This document shows, one piece after another, positions 51,111 to 61,831 of a stretch of DNA of 64,000 bases. Position 1 is the first letter of the stretch; the number at the start of each line of letters is the position of its first letter. This DNA is from Ylistrum balloti (taxonomy: Eukaryota), in NCBI RefSeq assembly GCF_031769215.1, contig NW_026781981.1:806001-870000 (forward strand). Direction: 5' to 3'. The position numbers and the translations under genes were made by a program. The notes under the pieces are model-generated. The model was given only the letters and a program-made list of their open reading frames with translations, was not told the origin of the DNA and ran no database searches.

Positions 51111-52696
51111 GTTGTGTTGACATTGAGAAATCTTGTGTGTAATGACATTAAATTCATTTTGCTGATCATAAGAGTACAAAACGTGCTCAATGGCATAAAA
51201 TGTAGTGTTGATAATTATTGTTCAGTAATTATTACAATAAACATTTACTATTATTTTGCTAATGAAAATCAATGTGATAATTGGCATTAGATATGTTCTT
51301 TTTATAATGACAGCGTGATAAATGTCATTGTTCTGATAATAATGATAATTTACATGGTAGTTGATTGTTATCAGTCGATTGATACGATAAATTCAAAACG
51401 CATCTTTCTGTCTTGTAGCGTTGATTGTAAAATGTTTTCAGTTCGATTTAAAAGTTTTGTGTTGTATTCCTGAGCGTTTGTTTTACCGTTACAATAATCA
51501 GATATGCAATATCGTATGTGGTGACAATAACAGTTTGAACATTGAAAAAAATAGACGAAAATGAGGAAATATCCTAATAAACTAATGGAGACGGACTTAA
51601 TGAAATAGATTATACAAAATTTATACTTTGATTATGTTTTATTTCCCTGTTGTATTTACTGACTGCTTTATCTGTACATGTATCTTTTTACATGATCGTA
51701 TTAACATGGTGATTTCAGAGGACCATTATTAACAAAGTGAATAGATAACAACACTACATTAAAACGGTATTGGGATTGTACAAAAGATACACAAGTGAAT
51801 AGCACATTTTTATATTTTAGAGTGAGATACAGTAGAGCCAAACAATGAATTAAACAGCATCATACAGTTGTTTCGTTCTTCTAGGACTCGTCAGTGATGA
51901 TAAGGGCATAAATTGTAAAGTCTAGGAGGCGACTAAGGAAAATCCAAAGTGATCAAAAGAAAAGTCAAAATCTCGACAGAGATGTGCATTAGCCCGATAA
52001 TTAAATAAATTTTGTACTTTTCATTCAGATATTCAGATATCAGATAATTTTAGAAAAATTGTCAAGTACGTGTGTATTTTCTGAACCGTGCTACTTTAGG
52101 ATAAACACGAAAACACAGTAAACATATATCTTTTAACATATGTATGTGTGACTGACATGCACCATGATGCGATTCGTGACCGCTTATTTTGCCTTTAGCA
52201 CCATTCCTTATGGCTGAAGATGATAAGCAAAACACATTTTTTTTTTCGTTTCATTATTAAATGACGTATTGCATTAAAGTGTGTGTTCCTGAAGCAACGA
52301 ATCATTTTTTTTAATAAAGACATCCCAGATCTTGGAGTTCTAAACATGAAGATACACAGGAGTTTTCATCATTTAGAAAGTTTAAAGTACTTAGTGTAAG
52401 AGAGAAGACCGTCTCTTTCATTTGATTAAGAAAATATAAATTTTAATAAATATGAAAAAAAAAAATTAAAATAATGAATCTTCAAACAGTACGATATTTG
52501 GATACGATAGAATACATTTTTTCCGTGGATGTTAAACGCTAAATAATTAAATATCAAATCTAAATCATGTAGTCGTAACCATGTCAAGACCACATACTCT
52601 GTCTTCCAGTCTGTCACGTAGCGTGTCCTATAGTATCTCACGTAGGTCAATAGTTTAAGTAACTGAGAGGTCGAATGATCGCGAAGATGACGGATG

Positions 52697-52871
52697 AGAA
52701 AGATGATTTCCTCAGGGGGGATGATGAACCATGAGGAAGTTGATTGAATTTTATCCTGCCATGATTGGTTTAAGGTCAGGGTATAAAAAGTACGACCTCC
52801 ACATCTAGTAAACCAGAATCCCTGAACAGGACGGGATCCTCATCTACATCACAGGGTCCTGTATCATAGGG
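52697..52871 (+). promoter_or_regulatory. GY9 promoter and non-coding exon 1
   Basis: AGAAAGATGAT at 52697-52707, ATTGG at 52764-52768, TATAAAA at 52782-52788, first donor AGGG|gtaagt at 52871/52872. Confidence 0.7.
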
Positions 52872-53542
52872 GTAAGTAAAACTCATCAATATCTCATGGT
52901 TCTGTAGCATAGGGGTAAGTAAGCGGTTAGGTTAAATCTATAACTTATAATCCTGTAGGGTAGGGGTAAGTAAAACTTATTTACATCTCAGGGTCCTGTG
53001 GCGTACGGTTAGGTTAAATCTGTAACTTATAGTCCTGTAGCTTAGGGATAAGTAATATTTATCTACGCCCTAGGTCCGTGTAGACAATTTTGATAAAATT
53101 ATAAAGTATGTTCCTACCCAGTACAGAATTAATGATATGTAGATATAAATAAAATGTCAATTTCTTTTAACGTTTTTTGCAGCAACGTAAGTTCCATGTG
53201 TAACCTTCGGTGTTGGGTTATACAGCGGGTGTTCTGTAAAATCTTGGTTTTATCATTGATGGAAACATGTTAATAATGTATCATTAGGTGGGGTTAGTAA
53301 TATATAACAATCATGATATCCGTTTATGCTTTTGAAAATATGTATAGTGGGAAGTTTCAGAATAATGTAACATCGAATCATGGTCATGATGTAGGGAAGG
53401 CGATACATGGTGATGTTAATAATTACTATAGTATATGTAAAACTTTTACGACGTATGTAAAATGGTGACTATCCTTATTATGATTTTATCGTCTGAATTG
53501 ATAAATTCTTTATTAACAAACCTTATAATGGCAGGTCACGAG

Positions 53543-53921
53543 ATGCGTTTGCTACTCATAGCAATCGCCTCCGGGGCGATCCTCATGGGATTGTTCACGG
53601 CGGTCAATTGTGATGGTGGGTACAGCGGGTACGGGTACGGCGGGTACAATGATTATGACATGTATAGTGGACAAGGGTACGGAGGATATATGTATCCAGG
53701 ATACGGTGGGCAAGGATACGGATATGGTGGAAAAGGATATATAGGATACTCGGGACAGGGATACAGCGGTTACGAAGGAAAGGGAGGAAAAGGTGGTGGC
53801 TATTTTGGCGGTAATGCATTGAGTGTACCTTATGGTCTACGTGTTCCGCCAATCGCCCCACCGCTCGGCTTAGACCAAAGTGGACTCTATGGTGCTAACG
53901 ACTCCTCGCTCTTTACTGTCA
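53543..53921 (+). CDS. GY9 main coding exon: secreted Gly/Tyr-rich protein (145 aa spliced)
   Basis: Acceptor atggcag|GTCACGAG then ATG at 53543. Encodes MRLLLIAIASGAILMGLFTAVNC signal + GYG/GQGY/GGKG repeats + VPPIAPP. Phase-1 donor GTCA|gtaagt at 53921/53922. Confidence 0.9.
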
Positions 53922-54174
53922 GTAAGTATTTGTATCAAAACTAAGGCACGTTATAGGTTAGATGGTTTCAATTAATCTGTATTTATCCAAATGTTTAATT
54001 GTTAGCAAGAGTATGTTAGAAATAATTGAAAGTAACACCGCGCCTGATAATGAAAACCGCATATCAAATAAATAAGCGTTGCTTTTAACTGATGAAGCAC
54101 AAGACCAAATAAACTTGAAATGTAAAATTTCATTGGATTCTGTTACTTATATAACATGTCGTTTCTTCTTGCAG

Positions 54175-54233
54175 TTGCTATCGGATTCCTGTTCTGGTTG
54201 ATTGCTAGTGGTGCCAGGAACAGGACTGGTTAG
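54175..54233 (+). CDS. GY9 coding exon 3: (I)AIGFLFWLIASGARNRTG*
   Basis: Acceptor tttcttcttgcag|TT at 54174/54175; TAG at 54231-54233; 3'UTR donor ATAT|gtaagt 34 nt after the stop (54267/54268). Confidence 0.85.
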
Positions 54234-54858
54234 ATACGGATAACAGCTACAATACCTTTGTATATATGTAAGTATGATCGTTCACAACCAAATATAATTC
54301 AAAATAGCATGCACACAGCATATACATTTTTTTTTTACATAAATATGTGAAGTGGAAACGCAGATAGAACGTCCATTCACTGCCTCTTCCCACCGTGTAT
54401 TAGATGTTGATTGTGTTTCGCTAGGTTTTGTTGATCCGAAAATTTGCCAAAAATTGAAGTAGTTAGATAATAATAAATACATTAATTGTAAAAAAATTCA
54501 AATAAGTTTCCATGCTATATTACCTCTTTATAAAAACCATCAACCAAAAGTAACTATCCGACAATATTCACAGATACAATTTATACATTTCGTCACATTT
54601 TCATCTCCGTAGTGTGCCAATCGTAAATTGTCGATATTTTTTGATGCGTGTTTCTTAGTTTATATTCCAAGTCAATTTAGAAAAGAATGAAACATGAACA
54701 TGCAACATCCAATTATGATAAATTTATCATGATGTAAAAACTTGGTTATGGATTTTATTAGCCGTTACCATTTGAATAAGAGCCACTTTATAAATATAAA
54801 GTCTATTCGATATACGTAAATGAATACAAGCTGTGTAAATGTATTTTTGCTTTTTCAG

Positions 54859-54946
54859 CTTTAAGCGCAAGAGGACCAAGCCGTCATACACGTCACCAAA
54901 ATGCCCCGTTATATATTATTATGATGTTATGTATTTTTGAAATAAA
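54859..54946 (+). other. GY9 non-coding terminal exon
   Basis: Acceptor ttttgctttttcag|CTTT, GCGCAAGAGG at 54865-54874, CACCAAAATGCCCC at 54894-54907, AATAAA at 54941-54946. Confidence 0.7.
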
Positions 54947-57900
54947 CTATTTTAATTATTACATATATTTTGCGTTATTTGTCTTTTATACACGTATACG
55001 ATGTGTTGTCTTGTTTGTTTTCCTGATCTCGAAGTTATAAGTCACATCATATACCAAACAACCATCGGCGCGGGAGGCATGAAAGATATTTTTAGTATAG
55101 AGTTAACTATAATTAATTTCGTATGCAAAATGTCATCAAAACCATCGAATCATTTATAAAATTTGTCAATAAAATACTAATTCGTTATTCTATATGGAAT
55201 TTGATCGAAAAGTAAACTTTGTTATATGAAAATTATATGGAAATTTTTTGTTCATTATGCTCTTTATACACTTAATCTGAAATAAATCAAACTTTATGTG
55301 AAATGTTTCGGATATAGAATGATTATTAAAATGATGTCGTTTAGTTATGATAATCAATTATCTATTAATAAATATGTCAGTTAAGATGATGTTTAGCAAT
55401 TTTTCGCAAGTGCACGAGTGAAAATGATGAACAATATTCAGCCCATGATTGAAATTTAAACGTAATTATTCAGGACAATGGTATTCCATTTTTTAATAAT
55501 AAAGAGCTTTAATGGTTTAAATAAAAATCTTTTTCCTGTGACTGTACAGTTAACTTCGGTTTCTGTGTAAACACAAATATTCAATCGATAAAAATAATAA
55601 TTGCTTTAATAGTGTTTTATTTTTCAGATATATATATATATATATATAACATGAAAAAATACCCACTGTAATATGTTAATTACAAAATATTTGTCAACGA
55701 TTTCATGGTAACAAACACAAATCAAGTATTGATCTAATGGTATCACTTATTACCTACAGTTTAAGGTAAAACATTTGTATATGAATAGGCTGTGTATTAT
55801 CATAACAATGATATGGAATACAAGTGGACCATAACACAACCAAGACAATGATTATGGACATCCATTGACATGAAAAAGTCATGTGGAACCAGAAACAAAT
55901 ACTGGAATCAACATGACATCACAGCAAATTAGTCCTGTACTCTAGGAAAACATTGGGTAAAACGAAAGCAAGAATTAGTAACAACGTTGGCACAAAAGAC
56001 ACGGGAGTCACAGAAACCTCAAAATATAAAGATGAAACCAAATAAAAAAAGGCGGAACTTCGGTAGAGAACGAAAACCTGCAGTTGACAACAAAATATCG
56101 ACAAATAAGACTCTTAATGGTGTATTTCCTACAGCACTTGTAAATTAGGAAAGTGTCCCTTGGTATTCAGGAAAGTTAAACATAGTATTCTGCCCTTGAA
56201 ATAATTTTTATCGCTTTGTATATAATATCGTAAGGATATAAACATATCTCTGTCAAATAGAAATGGATTTCAAAGTGTTAATTTCCTAGTATCACAAGCG
56301 TCTCAGTCTTTAAATAACGATCATTGTTGTATAATAAATCTGACATATTAGTGAAGGCGAAGGTTTTTAAAACTTTGTCGATCCACTGGGCGAAACTGTT
56401 GTTGATTGATATCAAGCATGCATTATTCTTTGTTTTGAGACAATATATTTGATTGAGTCTCCTATCTTACATATGACATTAAAATATATCGATGGATTCT
56501 ACAAAAACAAGCTAGGGAACAACACCTTTAATATAAGTTTAGTATTAGATAAAGAAGAATCTTGATATACTTTACGAAAAAAAGAAAAAAAAAAATCATT
56601 ACCAAACATATATTGTATGTAAAATTAATTCTTTTTACAAGAAATTTTCATAACTGCGAAATTACGGTATTTTGTCCTGTTAAATATTAAGAAGTACACT
56701 ATTTTCACTTTGCACTTAGTTACGTTAAATGTTGTAATAAAACAAAGTAAAGGACATTATGCCAACAGTAACAGTTATACAACGGTCAATATAAGCTATC
56801 ATAGTATCAAACTATTGTCGGACACATGTTTTCGATGTGGTACATTTTGCTTAAGATCACAGTTTCAGTATCTTTTCATCATGGGATGGTGACAATGAAA
56901 TTTTCTAGCTAGTTTTTTATATCAATATTTGATAAAGAACATATTTCTAAGATGCATCAACCAGGACGAAGATGAGTTGAACAAAGTTAGTACTAAAGTA
57001 CAACCGTAGCTCCATTTAGGATAACCACTGCACACTCGGCGCATACATGATTTTATTCAAAGGGATCCAATAAATCGACAAAAGGAAAAAAAAACACGTA
57101 AGTTCAGTTATGGTCAATGTTAACTCTTATTCAGTATATAATATTTTGAAGATCTGTGTCTATGCATATTGGACAGGGTACGTAACTGTATGTTGTGAGA
57201 TTTTATAACATAGACATATATTAGTAAAGGTGTGTAAACAATAACAGCGTAATCAAGGTAAATATGTCTGGTTAATTGAAGAATTAAGTACAATATAATT
57301 TAGAATATAAGGGAAAATGTTATGTTACGTTTGAAATAATATCATGATAATAAAGTGTTAATCTAAACAGTACACAGGGATCCCAGTTAGCTGCTGACCA
57401 TTGAAGAGTGAGTTCATGTAGTTCACAGACGGCCTACATGTCAGAATCGTGATCGCCAGTGGGAAAAACAATTTCCTGGTACAAATGATGAAAGTAGTCC
57501 TTGCCTTTGGGTGGATCTCACATAAAAACTCCTATACAAATTGAATACGGTTAATCCCTTCAGGAATATGCTTTGCATTTTAATATGTGTACACATAATG
57601 ATATCAAAAGTGCAATTATGATAAAAATAATATATATTTATATATATATAGCATATAGCAATACTACTTAACATTCATTAATCAACAGAACATTATCAAC
57701 TTGTTTACGTGACTCAGAGAAAATACTGTGATATTCCAAGTAATGTACTCGATAAAATCTTGTTTGTTTTGGTGTTGTGGATTTTCAGCATTGTCGCTTT
57801 TTTGTTTTGTGCTTTTTGTTTTGTTTTAGTTTGTTTGTTTGTTGTCGTTGTTGTTGGTTTATATATATATATATGATTAATAAAAGTTAAGTAGTATTGC

Positions 57901-60619
57901 TATATGCTATTGGCCTTAAAGTGTTAAAAGAAAGGGGAGAACGAACATAAAAGCTAATGTAAACTTGTGTCACACTATATAAGATTTGGTTAATTTTGGA
58001 TATAGGATGTTTTCGACAAAGTCAAGAACGTGGTTTGTTTTGAACTGGTGCCACTATTCATGAAAAAATAAATTTATTAGTAACTTAGTAACAACAAAAG
58101 ATATTTATTGTAAAAAGTAGGTGAATAAAAACGAGTTCATCAAAATGACGTGCTCAAGCCTTTTGAAATAAACAAGTGATTTCGCACACAAGCAAAAAGA
58201 AAATTGAGGGAAAAAAGAAAGAAATCAAAAACCTCATCCACTCCCCCCCTCCCCACCCCTTAAAAATAAATTTTAATCTCATAAACTTTCTTAGCGGTTC
58301 TCACATTTCATCTAACAATAAATTAGAGTAAAAAATAACAAAAAGTTGATGTCAACTATATTTAATTCCAGATCTACAGTGAAAGTAAAGGAAAACTAGT
58401 GCGCGAAGTGTAGGAAACGTAAATATATTTTATAACTTAATCACGTTTATCGATTTTTTTATATTACAATAATATAACGGCCCGTAGCAACGACTATATT
58501 TTTCACATTTGGTTTTATGGAAAACTGTCAAGCGGCCTGCATTAACGACTCAACATTCTACAACTGGGCATGCTCCTGGCAACTACCTCGTTAACAGTTT
58601 GAAATCCGTCATTTATTTGCCACAATCGATGCACCTATGATAACAATTACTCTTGTTTTCCTTTTATTGAAAGTATTTATGAAATTTAATTATGATAATT
58701 ATCTTACTCCAACTTGTTCATTTTATCCTTGTTAGAATAAGTCTATCGAGGAATGAACAGAGTGAAAAAGTTAATTTTCTTTTGAATTAGTAGAGTCTTT
58801 TAAAGAAACAATAACAGTAGCATATATTAAGGATTTACAGATGTACCAAGCAATGTTACGGAAAATAAACTTATAGAACAACCGAACTTGTACAGTGTAG
58901 CATTCAGACCAGTATCAGTCACGTTTATATTGTGTTAAGAGAGCTATCTTAAACAAAACATGGAACCAGATCCGAATTCCGTTGAAGAAAAACGTATATG
59001 TTAAAAAAAATCGACTAGTCCAGTGCGCATTAGCTTACTTTGATTCGGGACAGGAATCGAACCCACAGCCTTTATCACAGAAATTAAGACTGTCTTATAC
59101 GGAACTTGCATTCAAACTCATTTTGGTATTAGGAACTGGGAATCAACTTGGAACAATTTAATTTCTGTGCCGTACATACCTACATTTGTTACATATGGAG
59201 GCCATCATTCTTACCCACTCATAGCATAATCTTGTACAATTAGGTAAAGCTTCTGGCCATACTGGTCATTCTTGATTTTATGTGTTATTATCGTGATCAG
59301 GATTGAAAAATGTGAATTTTGTGACATTTCTATCATTAATAAACAAGTAATGAGTCATCATCTTTATATCCTTATATTTGTTCTAAACATCTGTACGTTA
59401 AACAACGAATTTTACTGAATAATGGGACAGGTGCACTTCTCTCTTAAGATACCTAAATGTCCTTCCATCAATTTTGGTCTCCCTCTCTTGCCTGCTTGCT
59501 GAGAAGGGAAGTAACTCTTACTGCGAATATAACGTTTAAAATAAGTGAAAAATTGTATTGCTCATCTTGTCAGATAAAAGTGAAATGAAATTAAATGTTT
59601 TTCACATTTGATAACTGCGATATACCTAGATGTTACACTTAACTCACCTGATACAACGTTATATAGCTTTATGTCATTCCCTACCTTCCTGATTTACAGG
59701 TCCTCAGTCTACAACTCATAGATGTTTTCCTTTGATGGACAGGTTTTAGCATTCAACATCACTATTCCTTATTCTCATAAAAACTTGACAGTAAATTTTT
59801 CACCTGTGTGTCTTTTTCAGTACAATTTTCTAACATGGTTTAATTTCTAAACAACTTTGGTCAAACGTTTTAATCTGAGGTTTTTTGTTAGTGTAGAACA
59901 ATAACATTGCCGCTTAAATGTAATTATAATATGACAAAAACATCAACGTATACAAACCGAGCCACAATTTAAATGAGCTAAAACTCGGTATGCAGGTTAC
60001 ATAAAATCTGAGGGACTGAAGGTCTACCAGCAGTGTCTACAGCACGTATTCCCTGAAATAGTACAAAAATCACCAATGTAAATAGAATCTGTAAATAGAA
60101 AATGTAAAAACTTCGACAGCAATATACTCTCAACGTAGCTTATTTTATATATGTTTTGGTTTACAGTCATTCAAAACAAATATAGAATATTCAGTAATTC
60201 ATTAAAAACCCTAAGCCAGCAGCTGTATGTGTTATTCTCTGTAGATTGATCTAATACTGCCTGCCACGTGTGTGTATCATTACTACGACCGACAACAAAC
60301 GCTCACCAAACCACTGGTAACGAAAACAAACCAGTCTTCGACAGAAGTCTCTCTCTTAATACATTGAAGTGATCTATTTTCTGTGTTCGGAGGATGCTGC
60401 TTTCATTCCTTGTCAACAGTGATTTTTAGGATTTGTTATTTACGTTACTACATCATCCTAACATCTCAAACACAGAGATCAGCTTCAGCGTACGGACAGT
60501 GAGTAGTGTGTTACCGTTGGTAATCATTTAATATCAACTCAGAAGAAAAACTTCGAAGATTGGAAACTCCATATCTTTTTAAAAAAAGTAAACTACTGGA
60601 AAGTAAAAGATTATAAACC

Positions 60620-61831
60620 ATGAACTCCATTACCTTGGTTATATGGATGTGTGTTTGTTTATCTCAAGGTCGACTTTCGAAGACAAAACTTCCAGAAGCT
60701 CGACTACATGATGATATACTCGGTATCAACAAGTACGTTCGACCCGTTTCCGATATCACAAAGCCAGTTAACGTACGTCTGCGACTATTTCTCCTTTCAA
60801 TCATTGAACTAAATGAACGAAAGGGTACCATGTCATCCTCAATATGGTTGGATCTCCGCTGGTTTGATGAACAATTAGCGTGGAACACTAGTAAATACAG
60901 CGGTTTAGAAACCAGTCGTGTACCCTTTACAAGTATATGGACCCCAGATATACTACTTCGCAATGAGATTGGGAACAAAAAGGGAATGAAACATACCAAT
61001 TTTGTAGATCCAACAGTGCGTTATACGGGCGAGGTAATTTGGTGGCCTGGCAAAGAGATAAACACAAAGTGTAAAATTGATACCACTAAATATCCATTTG
61101 ATGAACAAGTGTGTACCCTCTGCGTAGGCAAATGGTATTCAGATGATTCAAAAGTCAACATCACTACGACATCTTCAAAAATTAACATCATGTACTATGA
61201 GGAAAGCGAAGAATGGGAGCTTTTAGATACTTCTGTTGAGCTTGACACACGCCTCGAGGCGCTTTTGGAATTCAGCATTAACTTGTTCAGGGTTAAAATT
61301 AAACGCAGATCAGCATTTTTTATGATGAATATTGTTCTCCCGGTACTGTTAATGTCGTTTTTGAACCAATTGTGTTTTGTTTTGCCTCTAGAAAGTGGAG
61401 AAAAGATCGGTATGTGTATGGCTATCTTCCTGACATTTGCTGTTTTTCTATCGTTAGTAGGCAACTCACTTCCACAGTCTTCGGTCCACATGCCTGCCTA
61501 TTGTGTTTACTTGGTGTTTCAGACAATACTGGGAATCTTGACAATCTCGTCCGAGGTTTTTATATTAAGAGTATATAACAACTCTTGCTGGGATGATTCG
61601 ACATTAAGGAGATTTGCTTTCACTGTCGCCCCATGTCTTGGAATTCCATTAGCTAACAACATTAAAAGTACAGAGGAAGACAATGTTGATTTACCTACAT
61701 GTAAGTCGAAAGGGTATGGTGAGGAAATTTGCCGCAAAGTCGCAATAAAGCTAGACATTGTTTGTGGCTGGGTAATGCTTGCTTGTAACTTGGCGTTTAC
61801 AACTGGGTTTTTCTTCTTCGTGAATACATAA
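60620..61831 (+). CDS. Intronless Cys-loop ligand-gated ion channel subunit, nicotinic acetylcholine receptor-like, non-alpha type (403 aa)
   Basis: Signal peptide, WTPDI loop A, Cys-loop CKIDTTKYPFDEQVC, pre-M1 RR, M1-M2 linker ESGEK, M2 with Leu at 9', four hydrophobic TM segments. No vicinal Cys-Cys in loop C. One uninterrupted ORF with a real ATG. Confidence 0.93.
   Translation: MNSITLVIWMCVCLSQGRLSKTKLPEARLHDDILGINKYVRPVSDITKPVNVRLRLFLLSIIELNERKGTMSSSIWLDLRWFDEQLAWNTSKYSGLETSRVPFTSIWTPDILLRNEIGNKKGMKHTNFVDPTVRYTGEVIWWPGKEINTKCKIDTTKYPFDEQVCTLCVGKWYSDDSKVNITTTSSKINIMYYEESEEWELLDTSVELDTRLEALLEFSINLFRVKIKRRSAFFMMNIVLPVLLMSFLNQLCFVLPLESGEKIGMCMAIFLTFAVFLSLVGNSLPQSSVHMPAYCVYLVFQTILGILTISSEVFILRVYNNSCWDDSTLRRFAFTVAPCLGIPLANNIKSTEEDNVDLPTCKSKGYGEEICRKVAIKLDIVCGWVMLACNLAFTTGFFFFVNT

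Noticed and set aside
59040-59080. B-box-like GGTTCGATTCC on the minus strand as a tRNA gene
   Set aside because: No cloverleaf or A-box could be built. At most it is a SINE fragment.
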